From: Lacipirellulaceae bacterium
GTDB taxonomy: Bacteria; Planctomycetota; Planctomycetia; Pirellulales; Lacipirellulaceae
Direction: 5' to 3'
DNA length: 64,000 bases
Assembly: GCA_965263315.1 (NCBI GenBank)
Contig: CBDHGZ010000004.1
Span: 489,251-553,250, forward strand
Shown: positions 52,418-62,456 of the stretch, in pieces
Layout of the letters: each line of letters starts with the position of its first letter
Numbering within the stretch: the first letter of the stretch is position 1
The notes under the pieces: model-generated
The model's input: the letters and a program-made list of their open reading frames with translations, nothing else
What the model was told of the DNA's origin: nothing
Databases searched by the model: none
Program-made: the position numbers and the translations under genes

Positions 52418-54697
52418 ATGGCTGCCGACCCGTCCCCCTCTGACGACTCCCCAGAACCGCACTCCCGATCGGACGACGCCTCCGGTGGCGAAACCGACGG
52501 TTCGCCTACCGGAAAATCGAGCGGTGGGCGTGGCTTGGCTCCCTCTAACTGGGTCGTCATCGTTCTTCTCGCACTGACACTGCTGATGATCGCTCAGCAG
52601 TTTAATGCGAGCGTCAAAGAGGTTTCCTATTCGTTCTTCCTGACCGAAGTACAGGCCGGCAACGTTTCGGAAATCCGTGTCGAAGGCCGACGCCTTAGCG
52701 GCAGCTTCCTTCACGCGCCGGTGGTAAATAAAGAGGGAACGCTACTTCGCCGAGGCGATCAACCCGCCCGGCAAGATGGACAGTCGGGTGATAACACAAC
52801 TTCCAAGGATGAACTTGGCAGTACGGTCGGCGTCGAACCTGATGCTGAGAATGCAGGACCCCCCATCGATGGCTCGTCTGCCGATGACGCTGCCAACGAG
52901 GGACCGCAGGACGATTCTCCTACCAAATCAGGCACGACGGATGACGACTCTGAGGGGCCCATTCCCGCGGCGGACGAGCCACTCGAAGAGATCCAGCTGG
53001 ACAAAGACTTCTACGTCGTGGTTCCCGGAGTCTTTGATAGCGACTTGCGTAATGAACTAACTGAGAACGGGGTGCGCATTCGGGCGATTGAGCCTCTGAA
53101 CTGGGACGGGCTGATCGCTTTGCTGTGGGTCGGTCTGTTGATCGGCCTGTTCATCATGATGTTCTCGTTCTTCCGTCGCACCCGCGATCAGATGATGGGC
53201 GGAGGAATGTTGGGCGGTGTTACCAAGAGCCCGGCGCGCAGGTACGACTCTGAAGAGGGGCCCGGGATTACGTTCGAAGACGTCGCGGGCCTCAAGGGAG
53301 TCAAGCAGGATCTGAAAGAGATCGTCGAGTTTCTTCGCGACCCCGAGAAGTTTCAAAGACTTGGCGCCAGGGTGCCCAAGGGGGTGCTCCTGAACGGACC
53401 GCCCGGCACTGGTAAAACGTTACTTGCCAAGGCCGTGGCGGGCGAAGCGGGCGTGCCGTTCTTTTCGATCAACGGCTCGGAGTTCATTCAGCTCTTCGTC
53501 GGCGTTGGGGCCAGTCGTGTGCGGGATATGTTTAAGACTGCCAAGAAGAGTGCCCCCTCCATTCTCTTTATCGATGAGATTGACGCGGTTGGTCGCCAGC
53601 GTGGCGCGGGACTAGGCGGTGGCCATGACGAACGCGAGCAAACGCTCAACCAAATCCTCAGCGAAATGGACGGCTTCACACCCTCAGAAACCGTCATCGT
53701 CATGGCCGCGACCAATCGGCCTGATGTGTTGGATCCTGCTCTTTTGCGGCCCGGCCGATTTGATCGTCATGTGACCGTCGATCGTCCTAGTATCGAGGGC
53801 CGCAATCAGCTCTTCGAAGTTCACACGCGGGAGGTGCCCCTTGCCGAGGACGTGGACTTTTCCAAATTAGCACGCGCCACAGTGGGGCTTACCGGAGCGG
53901 ACATCGCCAACCTGGTAAACGAAGCCGCGCTGTGGGCCACTCGCCACGACCGGTCGATCGTCTCGATGGATGACTTCGAATACGCCCGCGACAAAGTGCT
54001 GATGGGGGCCGCCCGCGAAGAAGTGTTGACCGAGCATGAGAAGCAGGTGACCGCCTACCATGAAGCGGGGCATACCCTCGTGGCGTGGAAACTGCCTGCC
54101 TGTGACCGCGTCCACAAGGTGACGATTATTCCTCGTGGTCGTGCTTTGGGCGTTACCCAGTTGGTGCCCGAAGAAGACCGGCACAACATGTCGGAGTCAG
54201 AGATGTACGCCCGCCTGGCGATGAGCCTGGCTGGCCGCGCGGCGGAGAAGCTGGTCTTTGACGAATACAGCGCGGGCGCGCAGAGTGACCTCGACAGCGC
54301 TACGAAGCTGACACGAAAAATGGTTACTCACTGGGGCATGAGCGAGCGCTTGGGTCCGGTGGCCTACCACAACGGTGGCGAAGACCCCTTCTTGGGCCGT
54401 GAGATAGTCCAAGAGCATCGTCAATACAGCGAGCACACGGCGCAGATTATCGATGACGAAGTGTCGAAAATCTTGCATGCTGCGGCGGATCGTGCAATGC
54501 GCGTCTTATCGGAGAACCGATCTGCCTTGGACAGCATCACCAACGCCCTGCTTGAGCGTGAAGAGATCGACGAAGAGGAGATTTCCGAACTGATAGGCCC
54601 CCCCGCGCAGGACTCGCGAACCGCGCCCGCGGTGATTTCTTCAACGCCTCCGACCGTGTCGGAAGTCAACGTACACGCTTCACGTCCTAAGGATTGA
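52418..54697 (+). CDS. ftsH: ATP-dependent zinc metalloprotease FtsH with an extended, acidic, low-complexity periplasmic region
   Basis: AAA+ module ([22 protein letters not shown], Walker B IDEIDAV), HEAGH zinc motif, two TM helices; 759 aa. Confidence 0.9.
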   Translation: MAADPSPSDDSPEPHSRSDDASGGETDGSPTGKSSGGRGLAPSNWVVIVLLALTLLMIAQQFNASVKEVSYSFFLTEVQAGNVSEIRVEGRRLSGSFLHAPVVNKEGTLLRRGDQPARQDGQSGDNTTSKDELGSTVGVEPDAENAGPPIDGSSADDAANEGPQDDSPTKSGTTDDDSEGPIPAADEPLEEIQLDKDFYVVVPGVFDSDLRNELTENGVRIRAIEPLNWDGLIALLWVGLLIGLFIMMFSFFRRTRDQMMGGGMLGGVTKSPARRYDSEEGPGITFEDVAGLKGVKQDLKEIVEFLRDPEKFQRLGARVPKGVLLNGPPGTGKTLLAKAVAGEAGVPFFSINGSEFIQLFVGVGASRVRDMFKTAKKSAPSILFIDEIDAVGRQRGAGLGGGHDEREQTLNQILSEMDGFTPSETVIVMAATNRPDVLDPALLRPGRFDRHVTVDRPSIEGRNQLFEVHTREVPLAEDVDFSKLARATVGLTGADIANLVNEAALWATRHDRSIVSMDDFEYARDKVLMGAAREEVLTEHEKQVTAYHEAGHTLVAWKLPACDRVHKVTIIPRGRALGVTQLVPEEDRHNMSESEMYARLAMSLAGRAAEKLVFDEYSAGAQSDLDSATKLTRKMVTHWGMSERLGPVAYHNGGEDPFLGREIVQEHRQYSEHTAQIIDDEVSKILHAAADRAMRVLSENRSALDSITNALLEREEIDEEEISELIGPPAQDSRTAPAVISSTPPTVSEVNVHASRPKD

Positions 54698-54706
54698 CCA
54701 CTAGCG

Positions 54707-55033
54707 ATGAGCCAGGATTCTTCCCCACAGCAAGTTGCTCACATGGTGTACTTCACACTAAAGGAGAGCAACAACGAATCGCGCAAGGCGCTGGTCGAAT
54801 CGTGCGAGAAGTACCTTACTGACCACCCAGGCGTAGTGTATTGCAGTTTCGGCGTTCGAGGCGATGACTTCACGCGGCCGGTGAATGATCAGGAATTTGA
54901 TGTTGCGCTGAACGTCGTCTTCGAATCGCGGGATGCGCACGATCACTACCAAGAGTCTTCGCGCCACCTGGAATTTATCGCGACCAACAAGCCCACGTGG
55001 GCCAAAGTGCGGGTCTTCGACTCGTATCTCTAG
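54707..55033 (+). CDS. Dabb-family stress-responsive A/B-barrel protein
   Basis: 108 aa; MVYFTLKE...HDHYQESSRHLEFI pattern of the Dabb / stress-responsive protein fold. Confidence 0.65.
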   Translation: MSQDSSPQQVAHMVYFTLKESNNESRKALVESCEKYLTDHPGVVYCSFGVRGDDFTRPVNDQEFDVALNVVFESRDAHDHYQESSRHLEFIATNKPTWAKVRVFDSYL

Positions 55034-55260
55034 TGCTTCAGGGGTCGGCCAGAGGAGTCGTCCTCGCCATCTGCGGCACCAAGCAGTACGGGATGGAAAC
55101 GGGGAAAGCTTCAGCTAGAGGCTGCAAAATCGCCCCAGCCCCCCTACAATGACAGGCTGTTACGAGCCCAGGGCTGCATCGAGGCACTTCCGAAGGGCCA
55201 CAGCTATGCCTGGGGTAAAGTGGAAGGGAGGGCCAGGTCGCGGTCCGCGTGCTACCGCGG

Positions 55261-55345
55261 TTCTTGAATTGGCGTGACCAGCTTGAGCCCAAGAAACGCA
55301 TAAACAGCCATCCGCGGGTGGCCACGTGTGCCTGCAACTTGCAGT
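55261..55345 (-). repeat. copy B (reverse orientation) of the ~90-nt repeated sequence family
   Basis: Reverse complement reads GCAGGCACACGTGGCCACCCGCGGATGGCTGTTTATGCGTTTCTTGGGCTCAAGCTGGTCACGCCAATTCAAGAACCGCGGTAGC. Confidence 0.6.
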
Positions 55346-55372
55346 AGGCCCGTTCCCCTGCAGCAGCATCTG

Positions 55373-57637
55373 ATGAAGACGCCCTCTTTCGAATCCGAAC
55401 ACTTCCTCAATCGCGAGCTGAGCTGGCTAGAGTTCAACGCGCGCGTCTTGGAAGAGGCTCAGAACGAGGAGAACCCTCTTCTGGAGCGGGTGAAGTTCCT
55501 CTCGATCTTCGCGTCGAACTTGGATGAGTTTTTCATGGTTCGCGTGGCTGGGCTCCGCGAACAGGTCTTCGGCGCGTTGGCGCCACAAGATCCGCCGACC
55601 GATGGATTGAGTCCGTTGGCTCAGTTGCAGCGCATTTCATTTCGCACCAGACAGTTGGTAGATCATCTCTACGCCTGTTGGAATCGATCGATCGTGCCGG
55701 CGTTGGAAGCCGAAGGCGTACGCACCGTCAAGGAGGCTGATCTCTCTGCGGCCGTACGGAAGTCGCTGGACAAGTTCTTTCGCCAGCGTGTTTTTCCCGT
55801 CCTGACCCCAATGGCGATCGATCCGAGCCATCCTAGCCCGCGATTTCACAACCGGGGCTTCTATCTGGCCGCAGACCTAAGGCGCGAGCGAGGCATTGGC
55901 CCCGAGCGTTTGTTTGCGGTAGTTCAGGTGCCTCAGGTACTGCCTCGCTTCGTGCCAGTCGAGGTTGGGGGAACCGAGTTCGTATGGCTGGAAGATCTTA
56001 TTGAATCTCGCCTACCGGAGCTGTTCGGTGGCTACCAGATTGTGGGCTGTGGCGGTTTTCGTGTGACGCGCGACATGGACATCGATCTGCTCGACGAAGA
56101 GGGCGACGACATGCTCCGTGCGATCGAGTCACGCCTGCGGGCCCGGCAACGCAGCGAAGCGGTGCGGCTCGAGGCCTCGGTCGACATGCCAACCAAGCTT
56201 CTCAATCGTGTTGCCGACGAGGAATCGGTGCGGCGTGGCGAGGACCAGTCGCCAGACCACTACAACGAGGTGTATCGCGTCGATGGTCCGCTCGACATGA
56301 CGGGGCTTATGGAGTTGGCTTCGCTGGTGGATCGCAAAGACTTGCGAGATCATCGCTTCACGCCGAGTGTTGAGTCTGATTTGCATGCCGACTCAGACAT
56401 TTTTGCCGCCATCACGCGTCGTGACATCTTGCTGCACCATCCTTTCGACTCCTTCTTGCCCGTCGTTCGATTTGTCCAGCAGGCGGTAAGCGATCCCAAT
56501 GTGATGGCGATCAAGCAGACGCTCTACCGCACTAGTGGCGATAGTCCGATTGTGAACGCATTGATCGACGCTGCTGAGGCGGGCAAGCACGTCACGGCGT
56601 TGGTGGAACTCAAGGCGCGATTTGACGAAGCCGCCAACATCGGTTGGGCTCGTCGCATGGAGCAGGCAGGGGTCCATGTTGTTTTTGGATTCATGGATCT
56701 GAAGACCCACTGCAAGCTGGCTTTGGTGGTTCGCCAGGAAGGCAAGAAGGTCCGCCGATACGCCCACTTAGGCACCGGCAACTACAATCCGACCACAGCG
56801 AGACTGTATACCGATGTCGGGCTGTTTACTGCCGATAAGACGGTGACCGAAGACGTTTCCGCCCTGTTCAATTTCCTCACTGGCTACTCACAGGGACATG
56901 AGTGGAAGAAGCTGGTCGTAGCGCCGCAGGACTTGCACGAGCGGACGATTGAGTTGATTGACGAGCAGGCCTCGTTGGCTGCCGCGGAGAAGCCGGCGCG
57001 GATTATCGCCAAATTGAACTCGCTGGTTGACCGGGAGACGATTGAAGCGCTTTATCGCGCTAGTCAAGCAGGTGTCTCAATCGATCTGATCATCCGCGGC
57101 GTCTGTTGCCTAAGGCCCGGACAACCTGGACTAAGTGACAACATTCGTGTCCGCAGCGTGGTTGATCGTTTCTTGGAGCACAGCCGCATTATTGCTTTTG
57201 GCGAAGGCGAGGATCAGCAGGTCTTTCTAAGCAGTGCCGACTGGATGCCGCGCAACTTTGAGCGACGCGTTGAAGTGATGTTCCCCGTCGAAGCGCCGGA
57301 GTTGAAGGAGCGCATTGTCCACGAGATTTTGCCTGCCTACTTAAGGGACAATCAGCGTGCCCGAGTGCTGCAGTCAGATGGGGCCTATTTGCCGACGCCG
57401 CTCAAACCTTCCGAGGGCGTGCATCGCAGTCAGCAAGAATTGATGCATCTGGCCAATGGTGAGACACCGCTCATAGGCCCGGCTCCCAGGACTACAACCA
57501 CGCGAAAGGCAAGCAAGAAGAAACCTTCTGCCAAGAGCCCCGATAAAGAGTCCGCCAAATCCAAGCCAGAAACCAACGGTGCGGCCAACGGCGCGTCAAC
57601 GCGCAAGAAGCGGAAGCCACGGGCACCAAAACCGTGA
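55373..57637 (+). CDS. ppk: polyphosphate kinase 1
   Basis: N-terminal domain (FLNRELSWLEFNARVLEEA), PLD-like catalytic domains, Lys-rich C-terminal tail; 754 aa from the ATG at 55373. Confidence 0.9.
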   Translation: MKTPSFESEHFLNRELSWLEFNARVLEEAQNEENPLLERVKFLSIFASNLDEFFMVRVAGLREQVFGALAPQDPPTDGLSPLAQLQRISFRTRQLVDHLYACWNRSIVPALEAEGVRTVKEADLSAAVRKSLDKFFRQRVFPVLTPMAIDPSHPSPRFHNRGFYLAADLRRERGIGPERLFAVVQVPQVLPRFVPVEVGGTEFVWLEDLIESRLPELFGGYQIVGCGGFRVTRDMDIDLLDEEGDDMLRAIESRLRARQRSEAVRLEASVDMPTKLLNRVADEESVRRGEDQSPDHYNEVYRVDGPLDMTGLMELASLVDRKDLRDHRFTPSVESDLHADSDIFAAITRRDILLHHPFDSFLPVVRFVQQAVSDPNVMAIKQTLYRTSGDSPIVNALIDAAEAGKHVTALVELKARFDEAANIGWARRMEQAGVHVVFGFMDLKTHCKLALVVRQEGKKVRRYAHLGTGNYNPTTARLYTDVGLFTADKTVTEDVSALFNFLTGYSQGHEWKKLVVAPQDLHERTIELIDEQASLAAAEKPARIIAKLNSLVDRETIEALYRASQAGVSIDLIIRGVCCLRPGQPGLSDNIRVRSVVDRFLEHSRIIAFGEGEDQQVFLSSADWMPRNFERRVEVMFPVEAPELKERIVHEILPAYLRDNQRARVLQSDGAYLPTPLKPSEGVHRSQQELMHLANGETPLIGPAPRTTTTRKASKKKPSAKSPDKESAKSKPETNGAANGASTRKKRKPRAPKP

Positions 57638-57639
57638 AG

Positions 57640-58557
57640 CTACGGCGTGGCCGCTGGAGAATTCGTCTCCACCGTTTTTCCTGCGAGGCGCCCATGGGGC
57701 TTCTTCGAGAGGCTCGGTGCTCGCGAGTTCTTTTCTTCCAAGAGCCCTCGAATGGCGTCGATGTACTCTCCCATCAAATGATCCGAGAAGTGATCTACCC
57801 GCCATCGCTTCAGCGAACGCAAGAACCCCCAGAAGCGATCGCGCATCCGCAGCAGGCCGTGGATGTTGTTTAGCTTGCCATTGCGATCAAGGTACAACTC
57901 TTGTCCCGTATGTCGATAGCCTAGCCAGCGGGGTGGTACGCGAGGCACGATGTCGTTGTTATTGACCCAGCGATAATACTTCAGACGCACGTAGTTGACG
58001 TACCGTTTGTTTCCCACTCGAGGGCTGCCATAAGTGAAGAGGGCCTCGGGCGTGGAGTTGATGTGCGAGAGCTTGCAACGGCCTGCACAGATGGCGGCCA
58101 TCGCGCCACCGAGTGAGTGACCGGTAAACCAAAGCGTGCGGTCATTGCTTACCAGAGCTTTCTCTAGTCGAGGCCACAGGTCGTCCACCTCTCGCTTGAA
58201 CCCTCGATGGACACGACCGACGGTTTCCGCCAAGTCGGTCATGGCGTCTAGGTCTGCTCGGATGTCATTCCATTCATGTGGCTCGGTGCCCCGACAACTG
58301 ATGACGGCGTCGTGCTGGTTGGCAAAGAGATAAGCTTGGGCTCCGTCGCGATCGTAAAAGCGAATCTCCGGGAAACCAATCTCGTTGGCAGCGCGACCCG
58401 CCTCAGCACGCGAGAAATAGGACAGTCGCGAGAGTTCCGCGAAGAGGAGCGACTTTTCTAGTAGCCCCATGTCCACAACGGGCCCTTGCAGCCGCGTGTG
58501 GGTAGCAAGGCGATCCCCCGCGGCTTCCATCTCCTCGGAAATCTGTTTATCGCCCAC
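57640..58557 (-). CDS. class 3 lipase family alpha/beta hydrolase
   Basis: GHSLGG nucleophile elbow preceded by VISCRGTE (lipase_3 signature). Confidence 0.75.
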   Translation of the reverse strand: MGDKQISEEMEAAGDRLATHTRLQGPVVDMGLLEKSLLFAELSRLSYFSRAEAGRAANEIGFPEIRFYDRDGAQAYLFANQHDAVISCRGTEPHEWNDIRADLDAMTDLAETVGRVHRGFKREVDDLWPRLEKALVSNDRTLWFTGHSLGGAMAAICAGRCKLSHINSTPEALFTYGSPRVGNKRYVNYVRLKYYRWVNNNDIVPRVPPRWLGYRHTGQELYLDRNGKLNNIHGLLRMRDRFWGFLRSLKRWRVDHFSDHLMGEYIDAIRGLLEEKNSRAPSLSKKPHGRLAGKTVETNSPAATP

Positions 58558-58661
58558 GCCAACGCCTCGAAAGCCAACGGAAAAAACGACTGCGCTTCCG
58601 TAGCAGCTTACCGGCCAGAGGACAGTGACTCAAGCAACGGGCTGCGAAGAGAGAGGCGCCA

Positions 58662-60188
58662 TCACGGGGCGTTTGACTTTTTTTGACGAGATATCCAAAA
58701 CCGCTCGGCTTTGGCCATGTCGCGGCGTTGGTCATCGTCAATCTCGGTGAAGTTCTCCCGCATTGCCGTGAGCCAATCGAGGAAGAATTGACAGCTCTCC
58801 CTGCTAATTCTCGGTCCTTTGTCGTCCGAGACGTAGTAGGGACTGCTCAATGCCATGTTGTAGCGATCTTCGCTGGTTGTGACCGCGCGGACGGCAAACC
58901 AGCCGCTTGCGGTGAAGTCCAACTCAGGAAGCTTGCCACCCGCGTTTGCCCAATCTCGCAGACCGACACTCTCGGTTACCTCGCCGTTCTGAATTAGGTC
59001 GAGGTACTCGACTTTGGTCCGCGTGCTGAGATTGAGGCCAATCGCAGCATAGAAGGGCTCTTGTTCGCTGGCGAAGAAGGTAAATCCAGGTGGTTCGCCA
59101 AGCACCTGAGGCCGAAGCAGCGGGCCGCTGGTGACAACCGTTTGTCCCGCTAGGACGGACTCCCACCAAGTGTCGGGGGTGAACTCGCCGCCGCATTGAG
59201 CGTAGACCCTGTTGGCTCCGAGGGGGCTGCTGTTTTCGCCCGAGCCGCTACCCGCCACCGCGGGAAGGCGAAGGCCTGCGTTAAGGATATGAAAGTAGAT
59301 CTGCTCCCGCCAACGGCCTGGTCCTTGAGGGCCCGGGTAGCGCGCGCGTGGCGCGGGGTAGCCGTTGCCGCGTTTCCCCACCCGCGGTTCAGTGGTCACA
59401 CGCTCCAACACGCAGGCTGCGTCGAGAACGCCATGCGCGAGCCAAACGGGCAACGGCCAAGCGGTGAGGTCGGCAGCAACCAGGCGATAGCCCGCTTGCC
59501 GTGCGGACTGTAGGTCTTTGATCGCACCAGCTTCGACGACGGATAACTCCTCCGCAGAGATTGAGGATTGCGGGCCAAATAGAAGCAGGTCTCCTTGGTC
59601 GCTACGTAGGCGGGCAGCATTCTCGAAGACGCCAGCAGGCAGAGTGGCTTTGCGTGGTAGCGGGCGTTTTGTCTCCTTCCATGGGTCGGACGGCGTGCGT
59701 TGCCAAGTTGTTAGTGGGACGTAGGTCAACTGTTCGGCGCGAAGTACGACCCCCAAATCGGTTAGCGGGCGGTCGCAATCAAGATCTGCGGCCAACCAGC
59801 CTTCCTTTACAAGGTCAGCAAAGGCGGACATCTCAATCCGTTTGGTGTCTTCCGACCGTCGCTGAATCTCGAAATGGCCTGAGCGGGTTTTGCGTTCCCA
59901 GCCTGCGTCCAGATCGAACTGGTACTGGCCGCGGCGGAGTCCAAGCACCGCTTGGCCGTCGACGTAGAAGTGGTTGCCATGTTTAGCGAGCCCCAGACCA
60001 CGGGTGTTCACAACCCTTTTTCGTGAGTCTTGGAGCTCGATCCTGGCGGCCAGCGGCATGCCGGTGTTTGCCTCGATAACCTGGATGGTCAGTTCACCGT
60101 CAGGCTTGGCCCCGGCACGCTCGACTCCAGCGGACCCCATTCCGATCGCCAACAGAAGCGCGACAGTGCAGCGGAAAGCAAGGTCCAT
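58662..60188 (-). CDS. secreted hypothetical protein (508 aa)
   Basis: Signal peptide MDLAFRCTVALLLAIGMGSAGVERAGA; no domain recognisable by eye. Confidence 0.4.
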   Translation of the reverse strand: MDLAFRCTVALLLAIGMGSAGVERAGAKPDGELTIQVIEANTGMPLAARIELQDSRKRVVNTRGLGLAKHGNHFYVDGQAVLGLRRGQYQFDLDAGWERKTRSGHFEIQRRSEDTKRIEMSAFADLVKEGWLAADLDCDRPLTDLGVVLRAEQLTYVPLTTWQRTPSDPWKETKRPLPRKATLPAGVFENAARLRSDQGDLLLFGPQSSISAEELSVVEAGAIKDLQSARQAGYRLVAADLTAWPLPVWLAHGVLDAACVLERVTTEPRVGKRGNGYPAPRARYPGPQGPGRWREQIYFHILNAGLRLPAVAGSGSGENSSPLGANRVYAQCGGEFTPDTWWESVLAGQTVVTSGPLLRPQVLGEPPGFTFFASEQEPFYAAIGLNLSTRTKVEYLDLIQNGEVTESVGLRDWANAGGKLPELDFTASGWFAVRAVTTSEDRYNMALSSPYYVSDDKGPRISRESCQFFLDWLTAMRENFTEIDDDQRRDMAKAERFWISRQKKSNAP

Positions 60189-60303
60189 GGAGCAGATCTC
60201 GGGGCGTGGGCAATGCTCTTAAGCCTAGCATACCCTGCGCGGTACACAGGGCCGCGCAGCCCGCTAGAATAGGACGGCAACATTCGCAAGAACTCGAAGA
60301 GCT

Positions 60304-61269
60304 ATGTCACAAGACTACTACAAAACCCTGGGCTTGGAGCGCGGCGCCTCAGACGACGCCATCAACCAGGCCTACCGTGAACTGGCCCGGAAGCACCACC
60401 CGGATCTCAACCAAGGAGACGCTGCGTCCAAGAAGAAGTTCCAGGATGTGCAGCAGGCCTTCGAGGTCCTGGGCGACAAAGACAAACGCGCCAAGTACGA
60501 CCGCTTTGGACATGGCTTCGAGGGGATGGGAGCCGGGGGGCCGCAAGGCTGGCCAGGCAGTGGCGCTGGATCTGGTGGACAGCCGTTTGACGTTGGTGAT
60601 CTGTTTGGCAACGCCGGCGGCGCCGGTGGCGGCTTTGCGGATCTGTTTAAGCAGTTCTCAGGAGGCCGAGGCGCCGGGCCTGGCGGATCGGGGCCTGGTT
60701 CTCCACGCCGCGGCGCCCCAGCCAGTGGTGCGGACCTTCAGCACGAGATTACCATTCCTTTTTCGACAGCGGTCTCCGGTGGCGAGGCGGCCATTAGTGT
60801 GCCGCGTGCGCATGGCTCTGCGGAAACCATCACCGTGAAAATCCCGGCTGGGATTGAAGACGGCAAGCGGATACGTTTGCGTGGCCAGGGAGATTCCAGT
60901 CCCCTAGGAGGGCCCGATGGTGACCTGCTGCTTACGGTTCACGTGGCCAGCCACCCGTGCTTCAGCCGGCGTGGCACCCGACTGGATGTGACCGTTCCGA
61001 TCACGCTGGCCGAGGCGGTTCTTGGCGCCAAAATCGACGTGCCCACGCCTCGTGGGACGGTCGCCTTGAGCATCCCCCCAGGCACCAGCAGCGGGAAACG
61101 CTTGCGGGTCAAAGGGCAGGGGATTGCGTTGGCTGACAAGCCGCCAGGTGATTTGTTTGTCGAGCTACAGATCGTTTTGCCGGAGTCGATGAGCGATGAC
61201 CAGCGGCGTGAACTTGCTGAGCTGATTGGCGAGCAACCTGCGAACCCGCGTGCTGAACTACGGTGGTAA
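60304..61269 (+). CDS. DnaJ-class chaperone lacking the zinc finger (CbpA-like)
   Basis: J-domain (DYYKTLGLERGASDDAINQAYRELARKHHPDLN), Gly-rich region, two C-terminal beta-sandwich client-binding domains; no CxxCxGxG repeats. Confidence 0.8.
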   Translation: MSQDYYKTLGLERGASDDAINQAYRELARKHHPDLNQGDAASKKKFQDVQQAFEVLGDKDKRAKYDRFGHGFEGMGAGGPQGWPGSGAGSGGQPFDVGDLFGNAGGAGGGFADLFKQFSGGRGAGPGGSGPGSPRRGAPASGADLQHEITIPFSTAVSGGEAAISVPRAHGSAETITVKIPAGIEDGKRIRLRGQGDSSPLGGPDGDLLLTVHVASHPCFSRRGTRLDVTVPITLAEAVLGAKIDVPTPRGTVALSIPPGTSSGKRLRVKGQGIALADKPPGDLFVELQIVLPESMSDDQRRELAELIGEQPANPRAELRW

Positions 61270-61273
61270 GCCG

Positions 61274-61636
61274 ATGAACAGGTTTCTCGTTGCCCATGCC
61301 GAAACGAGTCGCGAAGCGATCGCGCCGTTAGAGCAACTTGATCCACCCTCAAGGGCCGTGGTCGTCATGGCGTTGCTCGGCATTCTGCTGCTGGGCATGT
61401 TCCTGGTGGCTATGATCTTGCTGGGCGGTCGGTGGGCGCGCCGAGGCGGCGCAAACCTGCGCCAGAAGAGTACCGTGCCACCTCGCCGTGCTGACGGCGG
61501 GCGCGGTCTTATCGACGTCTCTTTTGAGCAGGAGACCCACACCGATGCTCATGACAGGACGTCCGATATTGGCTCGCGAAGTCTGGGACCGAATACCCTC
61601 TGGGGAGATGCCACGGAGGATACCGTTGCCGACTGA
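61274..61636 (+). CDS. hypothetical small membrane protein
   Basis: One hydrophobic helix (AVVVMALLGILLLGMFLVAMILLG); lies where rpmH is normally found upstream of rnpA but is not an L34. Confidence 0.3.
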   Translation: MNRFLVAHAETSREAIAPLEQLDPPSRAVVVMALLGILLLGMFLVAMILLGGRWARRGGANLRQKSTVPPRRADGGRGLIDVSFEQETHTDAHDRTSDIGSRSLGPNTLWGDATEDTVAD

Positions 61637-62033
61637 CGACGCCAGCTTTGATGCCGCGGGGCGTAGTGGGTTTAGCAAGCCACTGCGCTTGCTCAAGTCC
61701 GCCGAGTTCGATGCTGTCTTCGCTGCCAAATGTAGCGCTGCGGATGGCGTGCTAATTGTTTACGGCATGCCGACCACCCTGGGGCATCCGCGCTTGGGCA
61801 TGGTTGTTTCGCGCAAGGTTGGCAACGCCGTGCGTCGAAACCGTTGGAAGCGGCTGTTGCGAGAGTCTTTTCGATTGTCTCAACACGAGCTTCCCGCTGT
61901 TGACCTGGTTTGCCTGCCGCGGCTGCGGGATGAACCAACCTTTGAGTTGGTATCCAAGTCCTTGCTTCGGCTTGCTGGCCGCATCGCCAAGAAGGCAGCG
62001 GCAAGGCCGTTGAGGCCCGGCGAATCATCATGA
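61608..62033 (+). CDS. rnpA: ribonuclease P protein component
   Basis: ...[27 protein letters not shown]... RnpA signature. Start assigned to the Met at 61608. Confidence 0.75.
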   Translation: MPRRIPLPTDDASFDAAGRSGFSKPLRLLKSAEFDAVFAAKCSAADGVLIVYGMPTTLGHPRLGMVVSRKVGNAVRRNRWKRLLRESFRLSQHELPAVDLVCLPRLRDEPTFELVSKSLLRLAGRIAKKAAARPLRPGESS

Positions 62034-62278
62034 CCAAGCTGCTGGCATTGCTGTCGCTTCCCGTCGAGCTACTGGGTTGGCTTCTGATTGCCTTGGTGAA
62101 GATGTACCAAGTTCTTCTGAGCCCGTTGCTCGGCCAACAGTGCCGGTTCACGCCGACTTGCAGCGAATACTACATCCTCGCCGTGCGTAAGCACGGACCT
62201 CTCCGAGGATCGTGGCGAGGATTCCTGAGAATTCTCAAATGCCATCCCTATCACGATGGGGGCTACGATCCTCCGTGA
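62030..62278 (+). CDS. yidD: membrane protein insertion efficiency factor
   Basis: [53 protein letters not shown]; overlaps the rnpA stop. Confidence 0.85.
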   Translation: MTKLLALLSLPVELLGWLLIALVKMYQVLLSPLLGQQCRFTPTCSEYYILAVRKHGPLRGSWRGFLRILKCHPYHDGGYDPP

Positions 62279-62456
62279 CGGGCGGCTGGAGCCGTTGCTA
62301 GCGGCCGCTGGCATGCGTCTTGATTGGGTTAGGCGAAACCGATACCCTCCCCCGACTTGCGCCGGGAAACACGCCGCCATAGGTGTGCGCTCGGCAGCTG
62401 GGAATAAGGATGTTCTCAGCCGAATAGCACCACCCAACCATACCGGAGCGCTCGGC

